The notes under the pieces: model-generated
Database searches by the model: none
The model's input: the letters and a program-made list of their open reading frames with translations, nothing else
Told to the model about the DNA's origin: nothing
Assembly (NCBI GenBank): GCA_964199315.1
Contig: OZ116706.1
Coordinates: 24,800,001 to 24,864,000 of the forward strand
Length of the DNA stretch: 64,000 nt
Source: Orbicella franksi
Taxonomy: Eukaryota
Direction: 5' to 3'
Program-made: the position numbers and the translations under genes
Shown here: positions 23,578-36,549 of the stretch, in pieces
Layout: every line of letters begins with the position of its first letter
Numbering within the stretch: the stretch's first letter is position 1

Positions 23578-26500
23578 TGTTCAGGACGATTTCACATAGT
23601 TTCAAGACGACAAAACGGTAAACCTTTTCAAACATTTATTCTTAACGAATGACAACAATGTAATGCGACACAACAGTCAAAACGATAAAAAGGGCATTCA
23701 ATCATGTGTAATGCAATGTGTCATGTGCCCATGTTTTGGTGCGAACATCCTCTCCCTCATATTCGACGGTGGGGCAAGGCGGTGAACACTACTTCGCACT
23801 CTCAAGTAAGCACAGTTTAACAACAGGTCAGATGTAGGTACTAGTCTTAGTACGAACTTCCGCTACTCTGACTCTCCTGTCCCCAGGGAGTGCTCTTAGT
23901 ACACATCCTAATGGCCAACACCCATGAGGGAGTTCTCGTCGATGACAAGTACAAGATCTCCTTCACAAACATTACGAGCATCCTTTCTCCACTTCCAGTG
24001 TTCCGTCAACGCTGGTAGGTATTCCTGGAGCTAACGTTTCCAGAAGTGTTGGGTCATAACTTTTGCATGCTTCCACCTCTTTTGGCTGCACAAGTCCTTG
24101 TCGTTGACGACATCTGACGGGAAATTAGGGTTCCCTCGTTCGAGCAGAAAGTGATTCGGTGTTAAGGCTTCATCTCAATAATCAGTGCTAACATGAGTTA
24201 GAGGGCGACCATTCATTAGTGACTCCACTTCAGCCATAAATGTAAGCAATGTTTCATCATTGACTCACTGCTTTCCCACAACTGCTTTAAGTGCTCTTTT
24301 AGCAGACTGAACAAGATGTCCCCACGCACCTCCAAAGTGCAGCGAAGAGATGGGGGATTGAGTCCCATTGCACTCTTTCGTCGGACAGCTAATTGCCAAT
24401 TTGCTCTCTGTCTAGGTGCTTGAGGGCTACTCAGAGTTCCTTTTCAGCCCCAGCAAAGTTAGTGCCATTATCTGACCAAATATTGGCTGGCCTTCTGCGT
24501 ATGGCCATCATCCTTCTTACTGCCATCAAGCAAGAATCAGTGTTCAACGAATGAGCTATTTCAAGGTGTACCGCCCGCCTAGTCAAGCACAAAAAAAGCA
24601 CACCTTAGTGCTTTTCTGTTTTCCTTCCATGGCGCACATGAGTAATGAACTCTGGTATTTGCAAAGGGTGGCTGCTGATATCCCAGTCTCGAATCAGGCA
24701 GATCAGCCATGACAGGTGGTTCAGGTTTCGCTTGTAGTCTACGGCATGAGAAACAACTTGACAAAATCCTCTGAACCGTGGCCAGCCCTTTCAGGATCCA
24801 ATACTTCTGTCTCAGCTCGTTCAAAATGTGCTAGTTACTTGCACAGTACAAACGGAGGTGATTTTGCATTACAATTAGATGTGTTATCTCGTGCTTCGGA
24901 TCCAGTATCAAAGAGTGTCGGGTCTGTTCAGGAGCGGGGCCTTTGCATAGGTGACTGCCTACCCTCAAGCATTCGGCTTCATCAACATAGGGGTTAAGGG
25001 TGCTGGGTCTGGTTCTAACTGGCAGTCGCTTGTTTGCTCTTAAGGCTTCAAAGTCAAGATGAAATAAGTCTCTGACTTTTTTATATGGCGATGAATTTCT
25101 GTGGCAGTAAGAGACGACGCAACGTGATCCTCTGCTTTTCTTTTACAGCTTTTGACAAAACGACAAATCCACACAAGGACACGACGAAATCTTGTCCAAG
25201 AGGAGAATTTCTCTGGGTCTGGAAAGTACGCTCTTGTATTGCTAACAGATGTATGCCCCGACCACTTTGTGTTTTTCACTTCCTCATTTTCAAAGAGGGG
25301 TCCAACATATCTTGAGGCCAGTACTCTACAGATTTGGACAGGAAAGCAGGGCCATTGAGCCATCAGCAATTGTGATCCAAATTTACTGCTCCAAGGCCCC
25401 AGCTGCAATTACCAGCAGGATTACAGTGACCAGAAACGTGCCTCCCCTGTGTCGGGTCAGTTGCGTCGTGAATCTCTGAGACCCGGTTGGCCATGAATGT
25501 GTGAAAATGTCGGCTTTTGTCAGCTGTGTACTGCAACACAGTTTTTGAGTCACTCCAAAAGATGGTATCTTTGATGACAACAGTCAACTCTTGCTTGACC
25601 ACGCAGTACAACCTTATGTCTAAGACAGCTACTTGGAGCTCTAAACAAGGTAAGCTTAACTGCTTTAGGGGTGCCACACGATTCCCCGCCATAACAAATG
25701 AAACCTTAATCGTGCCATCAGGAAGTGAGTATCTAGTGTAACACATGGCATCAAAGCCCATCTCAGACGCGTTGGCTAATATATGAAGCTATGGATGCTT
25801 CAGGACGTGTTAACACAGAAACGAGGCAGTTCCAATTGACTTAGTCTCTTCAGGTCTTCGAGCCAGTCCTTCCAGATACTCTGGTCCCTTTCATCTAATG
25901 TTCATCCCAGTCTGTTCCTATGCCATAACGATTGGATTAGACATTTTGCAGGCTGCATGTATGGGGCTAGCACTCCCAGTGGGTTGAACACCGTTGATAG
26001 GCAACTTAAGATGCTGCACTTGGTTGACTCAGGTGTCTGATGTGAGTGAACATAGAAACGAAAACAGTCTGTTTCAGTGTTTGATTTCAAACTCAGTATG
26101 TGTTCAATTGGTAGTTCATCGAAGTTTAAATTGACTGACAGGCTAGCTTTCTCTTGAGGAGGAATCTGCGACAGGCCTTCATGCGAGGAACTGATCACTT
26201 TGTTAACCTGAAACCTCCACGTGCCAAGAGAGAGGTCATTTCCCCGAACATTCGCACTGTGGTGGTTTTGTCACATACGGATTTCAGAAAGTCATCCATG
26301 TAGAAATTCTTCTCAACTGACTTGATCGTGTCAACTTAAAATGCAACGTCCTGACAGTTTTCAAGTGCTGTCTTTCTCAACACATAGTTTGCCATACAAG
26401 GGATAGATGCAGCTCCGAAAATCATGACGAGCATCTAATACACATCAGGTGGGCGTTCCAGTTCCAGGTGCCACCACAAGAATGTCAGGGCAGGCTGATC

Positions 26501-29500
26501 TTCCCCTATGATTTTAACTTGATGGAACATGGCTTTGATGTCAGCGGCTAAGCCAACATGCTATTCTCTAAATCGCAACAACACACCTAGGCTATTCAGG
26601 AGATCGGCCCCAGTGTGAAGTTTGTCATTCAGGGATACTCCATCCTATTTGGCAGCTGCATCCATGACGATTCGGACTTTGTCCGGCTTGTTGGGATTAC
26701 GGATTGGATGGTGCGACAGAAACCACTGTTTCAGGGGTTGGGGCAGATGCCTCTTCAGGGGTAAGCTTTCGTGCGTAACCCTTGTCAACATAATCTTCAA
26801 TAATGTCACAGTATTGTGACGAAACTGCTGTGGTTTACCGCTAGACCGCAAGAACTCACCATGTAGTACGTTTGTGTCTCGTATTACAGGAAATAGTTTC
26901 TACATTTTTGCTAGCCACATCGGCACGTGTATTCATTCGCATATTGCCTGCTGAACAATATACGTCGTTTTGTTACTCAAAAAAGTACTTGCTGTCTCTA
27001 CAAGTATTTCTTCGCCAGCTCCTCGTCACACTTCCATTTCCTTTTGGTAGACTCCAGTCGTTTTTCAGCCATGAGGTGGTTATCAGGAAACTTTACTCTT
27101 CCTTCTCTCCATAACATCCCGATTTCATATCTGTCACTCATGCTTCACAAGTCTCTCTAAAGTCTATAGAGCCCCTTTGTCTTCACAAGAACAGGGTTTC
27201 TCATCTTCATACTTTGTACCAAAGGATTCTGTTTGCCACCAGTCTTCTACATGCTTTTTCAATGACTCTTCAACATTCAGGACATGGTGCACATGCATAA
27301 CATGCAGACGTTCAGGTTTCATGATTGACTTAACTCAACCAGCAAGGGTCCAACCAAAGGCTGTGAGAATTGCAATGGGCTGCCCAGGACGACCCCTTCA
27401 TACATCATGCTGCAATATCGCCTCCAATACATTTGCTCAAATTGTCACATCTTCGGAATCGACTTCAGAGATGCCAAGATCGGTCAGGTGCGGGAAATCC
27501 TGCACCATTGTACGCGTAACTCTTTGCAGGGGAGATTCAACTCTGGTATTGTCCAGGTTTCTTCCATGGTTATCTGGACACCTGTTTCTGGACCCTCAAC
27601 AGCATCAACGTGGAATGACACTTTTCTCGAATGTACTGGTTCACCAGACGAGTTAATAGTGCCAAGTTGTAAAGGGCTATCCTTACCAACCAGACCAATA
27701 GCATCAGCAAATTTTTCCAAGATAAACGAAGTTTGGCCACCAGAGTCACAGCTGTACAAATGTATTAACTTTAACCCCACTGGGGGTCGCAACTTCTATG
27801 GGTACGATTTGCAACAGAACAGCAGAGGGGGCGCAGTTCACAGACGAAGCTCCGACGAAGGCAGGTGCTGCGGCATTCCAAGCTCAAGACAGTTGACGCA
27901 CTGTTCAAAGGTGGTAGAGCAACGAAAACTGGTGCCGCACCGTGGATTAGCAGGTGGTGGTATTTGTTACAGCCTTCTACGTCACATCGTTTCTTGCAGG
28001 AGCAGTCACATGATTGGTGGTCTGCTGACTCCAAGCAGGAAAAGCACAGCCTCTTTTCCTTGTCCAACTGAGCTCTCTGATTCACATCCATCACTATGAA
28101 TTTGCCGCACTTCTCAATCTTGCATTTCTTGTTGCACATCAGACAGGTGTTGGCTGTGGGCAAGCTCTGATTCCCTGTCATGGCACCTGTAGCTAGGGTT
28201 GAGCATCTGTGAAGCTGCTCTTGACAGTTGTCAATTCCCTGATCTCCCTATTGCCAGATCTTCCTCCCTTCGACAGCTTACCAATGCTTGGTAAGGGTTC
28301 ACTGACTAAAGTCTTGGAACATAGTCTCACACGGAGCCATTCATTAAGATCAACTAATGTGGGAATGATGGGATGTATCTCAATCTTCCTTTCTCCCCAC
28401 TTTTCCTTTAACGGGTCAGGTAATTTCTGTAACGCAGCACGCGTGTTAGTCGAAGATGCCAAATCATGAGAGTATCGCAAACTCTTCATCGTGGCGACTG
28501 CATTGTGTAGTGTGTTGTAGAATGAACGAAGCTGTGTTCTGTCTCCCTCGACAACAATCAGGTGATTAAGTGCAGTCTTCATGAAGGCTCCAGCAACAAG
28601 TTCCTCATTTCCAAATTGTTCTTCGAGTTCTCAGTGCTGCCTTGTAGAGATGGCCATGATTCAGCATGCCTCCAGTAGCTTTCTTCGCATTTCCTACCAA
28701 GGCCCTCTGGAGGTAAGTCATTCTCTGTGTATCGGTGAGGGGTTGGTCATGTACTAAACATTTAAACAGTGATGTGAAGTGAGGCCACTCGAGAGGATCC
28801 CCTGAGAAGCGTGGTAACTCTAAACACGGTATGAATTTCACGAATGCTGGTGTCGACTGTGTTTGTTTCTCCCTTTTTCATATGCTGCTTAGCCAAGAGC
28901 TCTTTGATCCACGAAACATTTAGGCATTCCTGTGTCACAATAAGCTTGATTGATTTGGGGAGTCTGCTTGCACAACATGGACAATTTAATTGGGGACGGC
29001 AACTTCACACTTCGCTGAGGTAAACAGTCATCTGGGTTTTCACAATTTTCTACATTTTCCAATATTTTGGGTTCAATATCGCAGTAAACAGTTTCATCTT
29101 CGGCATCTTCAAAATCTCGCAAACGGCTCTCAGTATCTTCTGGGTCCCCTTTACCTTTAGTAGGGATGTCAAGCTGAGCTTCTAATCGCAATTTTTTGGC
29201 TTGGTATTCAAGTTCTCATATGCCCCAGTGTTCTTGTAATTGCCTTTCCTGTTTGAGATTTTCAGCTCACTTGCACTCTTCTTCCAGTCAGTGTTAACCT
29301 TCTCTCCTTTTTGTTTGACTTGTAGATCCATCACACGTGCACGCCTCTCACTTTCACTGGCGCACAAGGGTGAACCATGACTGCTAACTGTTTCAAATCG
29401 GAGGCAGTTCTAAGTTCTAAGGCAGTTTGCTTTCCCTTTGTTTATCGAAATTTCAATGCTTTCGAGACAAATTTGCCCTTTCAATGGCGTTTTTCAGTTA

Positions 29501-30075
29501 GCATGAGGTGCTCCTGCAATCCTTCAAGTTCCAAACGATTTGTATTCCTCGCTGGCCCGCTCAAGTTCTTTAAGCACTTCTTCATTTTTTTTGGCTAGCT
29601 CGCATAGTTTCCATCGGCCTCCATGCAACTTCAGAAGATTCTCAGTGATGTTAATATGACTTGTGAGCGTAGCCTTTCAGCATGATAACTTGTTCTTAGC
29701 CTTTTCCTTTTGAAAATTCCAGTGTTGGAATGGCTCGGCCTGACGACAACACGCATTTCTTGTTCATACACATATTGCACATGGTCGGACACATGATCAA
29801 GTTCCTTCAATGACATTTCAACTCACAAACTCCTCATATCAAACAAAAATTCATCAAAGCAAATGTTCAATGGTATGTACAAGCAACCTCGCTCTGCTAC
29901 CAGATGTTCAGGACGATTTCACGTAGTTTCAAGATGTCAAAATGGTAAACCTTTTCAGACGATTTATTCTCAATGAACAACAACAACATAATGCGACACA
30001 ACACTCAAAATGATACAAAGGTCAGTCGATCATGTGTAACGCAACGTGTCACGTGCCCATGATTTGGCACGAACA
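23578..30075 (-). mobile_element. Complete but decayed BEL/Pao LTR retrotransposon (6.5 kb)
   Basis: LTRs at 23578-23747 and 29905-30075 (TG..CA); TSD ATAGT at 23573-77 and 30076-80. PBS TGGTAGCAGAG (11-nt match to the animal tRNA-iMet 3' end) and PPT agggagagga. Domains: gag (LELPRFSGDPLEW), zinc knuckles (RLCFSCL..H), protease (DSGGQTSFI), RT (HHPIRNPNKPDKVRIVMDAAAK), RNase H (APLKQLSLPCLELQ, FWSDSKTVL), integrase (LRQKYWI..CFSCRR). Confidence 0.95.
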
Positions 30076-31365
30076 ATAGTAGTCGTGGAAACTCTGGCAA
30101 TTGCAATTCGTCTAAATCAAGGAATAAGAGGAATAAGTATCAAGAACGAGAAAACAAAGATCATGATACAACTGCAGTGTTATCAGATATAAGCTCAGCT
30201 GAACAATTGTTTGAGTTGAATTTTTTTAAGGACATTTCAGGTCTTAACTGCAAAAAAACAGAGGGTATGTCCATTGGGTCGACTAAAGAGAATAAAGCAA
30301 AACCTAACAAGCAAATAAAAGTCCTCAGAGTTTATTATACATATCATGTAAAACTGCTCAGAGAAAAGAACTTTATTGAAAGACTGGATAGCATTAAAAA
30401 CTTTATGGTAAGTTGACAATAAGCAAATCCTTTCTAATCTGCAAATTTGTTCATATATGTGCACTACTACCAACACCAAATGAACTATTGAAACAGTTAA
30501 ATCAAGTACTGTTCAAATTCTTATGGAAAGGCACGGACAAAGTAAGGCGTGTGTCAGTGATAAATGAATATGGAGGAAGGTGGCTTGAAAATGATTGATC
30601 TAGAGACTATGGTTAAGTCTTTAAGACTAGCATTGCTGAAACAAATATTTAATGGAAATGATGGGACACGGAAGAGGTACTTAAAATACCAATGAAAACC
30701 CGTAGGAGGTCTTTTCTATATTAATTGTAATTACAATGTTAATGACTACACAATTTCTTTTCAATTTTGTTGCAAACTCTTGTTGTGGTGGTCACAGTTC
30801 CATGGAACGTTTGCTTCAGAAAGCAGTTGGCAAAGAATCATTTGGAATAATAAAGAAATACAAATAGATTAAAAACTGGTATATTTTAAAAACTATTATG
30901 AATCTGGAATTGTCTATGTAAATGATCTCTTAATTAATCTAAGCAGTAACGACTCTTTCAGCTATTTTGCCAAAAAAATTTAGTAAAATAAACTTTCTTC
31001 AATGGGCAGGCCTTCGACACTCTATACCTGACTTTTTCAAAAGGTGGTTACACATCCCTGCCGTTAATCTCTCTTTTATTTGTGATTCACAACAACATCT
31101 TTGATGTGACAAAAAAGAAATTGAAAGATTATTATTCATTACTTGTCATGGAAAAAGCACAACCTCCTAACATTATCCATAAATGAAAAAGCGTTTTTAA
31201 CCTTTCAGATGATCATTTGAGAAAATTCTGTCTGTTACCTCATTCTGTTGTTCTCAATTCTTATGTTAAGGCTTTCCAGAATAAAGTGTTTAACAATGTA
31301 CTCTACACAAAAAACATTTTTTAAAATTGGTTATTTCTGATTCACAACAACATCTTTGATGTGAA
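30076..31365 (+). mobile_element. L1/Tx1 LINE ORF2 fragment, 3' continuation
   Basis: ..VVETLAIAIR.NQGIRGI..TTAVLSDISSAEQLF..FKFLWKGTDKVRR..GG....DLETMVKSLRLA..IIWNNKEIQID..NFLQWAGLRHSIP. Confidence 0.85.
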
Positions 31366-31371
31366 AAAAAA

Positions 31372-31830
31372 AATGATGGAAACTTCTGGCCTATTAGACC
31401 CTGTTCATGAAGTTCATTTGTTATCACTTCATCTTGTGTATTTGCAGGAAATTAACAAATCTCTGGAAGAATTTACCAGACAATGGAATTACCATGGTCT
31501 TGGCACAGAAGGTGGCTCATCTCCTCTTCAGCTTTAGACTGAGGGCATTCTAAGAAATGCAAATGAGAAGAACTTGCCATTAGATGTTATTTTAACAGAC
31601 AAAGAATTATTTTGGTACGGAGTAGATGAAGATGACAGTACTGTTACAGAAGAGGATCAAGAGGTAGTTGTTCCAAGCAGTAACATAGCTCTGAGTGGAA
31701 GTCAACTACACCACCTTCAATCCCTAATAATCACAAACATAAGAGAAGATGAAAGAATCCCCAAATATGTTGAGCTTGTTGGGGTTGTTCATGCTATGCT
31801 TTCAGGAATAATTAGAACAATCATTTTATG
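31372..31830 (+). mobile_element. C-terminal fragment of an rve/IS3EU-like DDE transposase
   Basis: METSGLLDPVHEVHLLSLHLVYLQEINKSLEEFTRQWNYHGLGTEGGSSPLQL matches the LE..GLLD..N..HL..LH.V....IN..L..F...WN.H...TE...SP.QL motif. Confidence 0.6.
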
Positions 31831-32799
31831 GGGAGGAACTTGGGGAAAAGTAACAGGTCCTTTTAGAGGACTGAGAAAAGTAATGTCAGTGCCAAAAAAT
31901 GCTTGCTCAGTAGTGGAAGAAAAAGACATATGGAGGTTCAGTCTGGGTTTACTAAATTAAGTTCGAGTTGAGAAATTTATTTGTATGCACCATGTCATAA
32001 CTGGGGACAACTAGCTGACAGTGACTTCCAGTCATTTCACAAGACCCAGGAATTCTTTTAAGCTTTTCTCTCGCAGCAGCAGATGTAGCATGTGAGTTCA
32101 GTTAAAGAAACAATTTGCAGATGCCACACATTATGGACAACTAATGCCTTCTTTCAAATTGTTTTTTTTAATTTTCTGGTATTTTCACTGTGTTTGAGGC
32201 TACCACTTAAATTTGTTGTTTAACATCAGTGTTAATTAATGTTGTTTTTGGCATCAGCAGCACCAAAACAGTCACTAGGTAATTATTAGACAACTTAGAT
32301 CCTATAAAGACAAACAAGCAGGACATTTAGGTCCATGTGTTGCTGTATTGAGGGACTCCAACTGAAAAAATAAAAGTTATTCATGTTTTAATTCAGCCAA
32401 TAGCATCTTTTACAAATTATATTATTACCCTTAAATAGTAAATTGCCACAAGCATTTCTTATATGATGTGGCAAACAGCCACAGGTACGTTGGTTATGTG
32501 GAGACTTCAAAACAACTCAAAACTACTGGTGAAAATGAGCTAACACTCTGGTTTTGTAAGTGCATGCTCCCTTTAAGAGTTTTCTCTTTTAATAGTCAAT
32601 GCAGTGAAAGTACAGTATGAAAGTTAAAAATGGTCATACATGTACATGAACTTCTGCACTTCACACATCAAGTTAAATCATAATTATTAATTAAGGCTTG
32701 AAGGACTAGGCTTCTACATGCAGAAATTTCAATGGGCACAACAGTAAATGTCAACACTAGCATGTGGCTGAAATACTTCTTAAAAAATCATATCATATG

Positions 32800-33058
32800 T
32801 CTTGATTGACCACTCCCCCAATGGGGCTTTTCAGGACCAATGAAACCAAATGATGGAACAAATAATGCAAATGAACATAACATGATTAAAAATCCCAACT
32901 GGCAGGGGGCAGACCAGTTGGCTATTTACAAGCATGACTGAGGAGCTGAACTAAGATCTACCGAGAAGCAACTCCAGCTAATTGGTCACAGTGGGACTTG
33001 AACCTGTGACCTCCAGATTTAAAGTCCGGAGCCCTGACCACTTGGCCACGCTGCCTCC
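32800..33058 (-). mobile_element. tRNA-derived SINE (Nin-like central domain)
   Basis: Minus strand: A box TGGCCAAGTGG, B box GGTTCAAGTCC, body GTAAATAGCCAACTGGTCTGCC.CCTGCCAGTTGGGATTTTTAA. Confidence 0.75.
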
Positions 33059-33439
33059 TCAGCAACGCTGTATCGAGTGGGATGTTAGTCAGTCAATGCA
33101 ACATGGCTGAGAATTGTTAAACAGGGTGCGTACATGTACGCCTCGCAGCAGCAATCAATGTAACAACAACAAATACCATTGAAGTATCAGTGGGAAAATA
33201 TTCCACTAAAAAGTGAGGAATTGAACTCTTTAATTTTTGCATGCTAACTACAATGTCATGAATAAAACGGTTGAAATGAATTACACACAGTTGATGGATT
33301 TCTTTACAGAACCAATGACAGCATTCAGCAATAAAGTGAAACTTTCCTCACTTTGAAAGTGATTTGGAAGAGTAAATGAAAGCAAACACGTTGATGCAAA
33401 AATAGAAGGGACATTGTCAATTTTTTTTCTCCCCCATGT

Positions 33440-36400
33440 ATCCTACCTTGTTGAGGTGGAGGGGGGGGGGCTTGTGTGCCTCTGTGACCCGGAGAGCTAT
33501 GCCAGCTGGAGCTTAGGTTCCTGGTAGGGTCTCCCTTGCTGGACAGGTCAATGGGTAGAGGCCTGACAAACAGGATCACCTATCCTTGAGGTAAAGAGGT
33601 TGGCATAGGGCTAACAACCCTATCTATAAAAACAGTTGTTGCAGAAACCTTGACAACAACTTCAAGGCAGCAAGACTTGGGAGAGGAGGGGGCCCTTAGA
33701 CCGAGGGTATATGATGCAAGACAGTGAAAGCCATCAGGACGCTGTAATGTAAACTCCCCTTCTAACCCCCAAGAGGACTAATAATATAGCCACCTGGAAC
33801 ATCAGGACCATGTTTCAACCAGGGAAGCAGCACAGGTGGCACAGGAAATGGAGAACTACAGAATACTGCTGCTAGGACTATGCGAGATGTGGTAGAGGCA
33901 GTCAGGTCAGCTACAACTACCTTCAGGTCAGACAATATTATATTCAGGTCACAAGGAAGAATGTGCACCACACACAGAGGGCGTGGCCATCATGCTTTCC
34001 AAGGAACCACAGCAAGTGCTCATCAGCTGGGAAGCAGTCAGTCCACGGATTGTCACAGCCAGTTTCACCACAAAAAAGAAGAACATCAATATTACTGTTA
34101 TACAGTGCTATGCCCCTATGAATGACGCTTTGGATGATAAGAAGGAAGAATTCTATGATCAACTGCAGAGTGTAGTCAAAAGACAAAGCGATAAAGATGT
34201 TACCTTACTTATGGGAGATCTTAATGCAAAGATAGGAGATGTCAACACAGGATATGAGAAGGTTATGGGCGTACATGGGCTTGGAAGGATGAATGAAAAC
34301 GGAGAACTGTTTGCAGATTTCTGTGCACAAAACAGTCTGCTTTTCGGAGGCAGTGTGTTCGAACACAGGCACATTCATAAAGCAACATGGAGATTGCCTG
34401 ATCATGTGACAGAAAATCAGATTGACCATGTGTATATGTTGCAAGTTCAGATGGTCTCTACAGGTGTGAGAGTAAAAAGAGGAGCTGATGCTGCATCAGA
34501 CCACCATATGGTTTTGGCAACACTCAAGCTACGCCTGAAGCGCTGCAAACCACCCACTAATGCCGCTAGAACAAGGTATAATGTGGACCTACTGAGTGAC
34601 AAGGAGACAGCAGACAAGTTTAAGATCAACCTCACCAATAGGTACCAGGTGCTGCAGCAGCTTTATGATGATGAGAACATTCCACTTGAGGAAAAATGGA
34701 AGCAGACAAAGAAGATGTGGACTGAGACATGCGAAGAGACAGTTGATAGTAGGAGGTTCCAACATAAGGACTGGATGTCGGCTGAAACTCTACGAAAGAT
34801 ACAAGTTAGGTGGAAGAGGAAGGCCATATTGAACACATGCAGAACAAGAGCAAGTAAGGCAGAAGCGTAGCAGCGCTACACAAGAGCCCACAGAGAGATG
34901 AGGAGGAGTATAACAAGAGACAAGAGGAGCAATATAGACAATCTGGCCAAGCACACAGAGGAAGCAGCAGCACAAGGGAACATGAGGGACCTTTACAACA
35001 CTACTAAGAAGCTCTCAGCACGATACCAATTAACAGACAACTAATCAAAGACAAGGAAGGAAAAACATTAACAGCAGAGGAACAGCTAAAGAGATGTGTG
35101 GAGCATCCATTCTTTGAAGAATGGTAGGGCAGCTGGGCCAGAGGACATTCCTGCAGAAGCCCTAAAGGTAGGCATTGGCACCTCCACTGAAGCTCTCTAC
35201 AGACTATTTGAGACCATTTGGGAGGAGGAAGAGATTCCAAGGGACTGGAAGGAGGGACTCCTCATCAAACTACCGAAGAAAGGAGATTTTAGGGTCTGCA
35301 GTAACTATAGGGGGATCACTCTCAATACCAGGTGAAGTCCTAACCAGAGTTCTTTTGGATAGAATGAAAGCAGCAGTAGACAATCAATTATTGGATCAGG
35401 AGGCAGGTTTTAGAAAGGAAAGGTCATGCACTGATCAAATTGCTACACTTTGCATCATAGTGGAGCAATTGTTGGAATGGAGCTCATCTCTCTACATCAT
35501 CTTTATTAACTGTGAAAAGGCCTTTGACAGTGCAGACAGAGCCACACTGTGGAAACTTCTGAAGGACTACAGTATCCCTGAAAGGATCATTACAATCATT
35601 CAGCAATCTTATGAGGGGATATCTTGTAGAGTGGTGCACAGAGGCCAGCTTTCAGATTCCTTCAATGTCGCGAGTGGCATTCGACAAGGATGCTTGCTCT
35701 CACCTTTCATGTTTCTTCTTGTTATAGACTGGATTTTGAGGACCACTGAGGGAACAAAGAATGGAATTCAGTGGACCCTTTGGTCACAGCTGGAGGACTT
35801 GGACTTTGCCGATGGCCGGGCCCTTCTTTCACATAGCCATAAACAGATGCAAAGCAAGACCTCTGGACTGGCAGCAGCATCAAAAAGAACAAGACAAGAT
35901 CAATAGGGCTAAATCAATGGTCACAAGGATAAACAACATCAATGAAAATCCAGTCACAGTGGAAGGAGAGTGATTAGAGGAGGTAGACTCTTTCTCATAC
36001 CTTGGCAGTGTTGTACACAAACAAGGAAGTAGAGATGAAGATGTAGCAGCAAGAATTGGTAAGGCGAGGGTAGCATTTAACATGCTCAAAAACATCTGGA
36101 TGTCTAAAGAAATCAGGAGACAAACAAGGCTATACATCTTCAATGCCAATGTAAATTCAAGGAGTGAATGTAAATTCAGTTCTCCTGTATGGATCAGGCT
36201 GGATTGCTCACACCCTGTGGAAAGTAGCGAACAACATAACCTGGTAAGCTCTAAGGTGGAACCCCCAAGGGAAGAGAAAGAGGGGATGCCCCAGAAACAT
36301 CTGGCGACGGAACACTGATGCAGAACTGAAGCTGATAGGATACAACTGGAAAGAAGCTGAATGAAAAGCCCAAGTTCAAGTTTACTGGCAAGGGGTTGTC

Positions 36401-36443
36401 GATGGCCTACGCTTCACCTGGAGCGATGGGCCTAAGTAAGTAA
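33440..36443 (+). mobile_element. Full-length RTE-clade LINE, decayed
   Basis: Typical RTE 5' leader (cctaccttgttgaggtggaggg..gggctaacaaccc). Endonuclease: IATWNIRT, GVAIML, IQCYAP, MGDLNAKIG, NQIDH, SDHHMV. RT: CSNYRGITL, AGFRKERSCTDQI, KAFDS, RQGCLLSP, DLDFAD. Tail (TAAG)n at 36433-36443. Confidence 0.92.
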
Positions 36444-36549
36444 TAGTCAAATTTTATATTGATTCTACTTAATCCAAAGTTGGGCAAACCAGAGGAACCA
36501 AAGATAAAAAAGACAAAATTTTCCAACAATTGAATATCAGCCTTATGTA

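Noticed and set aside
24716-29598. Numerous plus-strand ORFs in the track
   Set aside because: They are antisense shadows of the minus-strand BEL/Pao polyprotein. The same holds for most 60-130 aa ORFs overlapping other TEs.
32990-33058. tRNA gene
   Set aside because: A and B boxes are present but there is no intact cloverleaf, and it runs into a SINE body. The same applies to 40600-40638 and 60220-60280.
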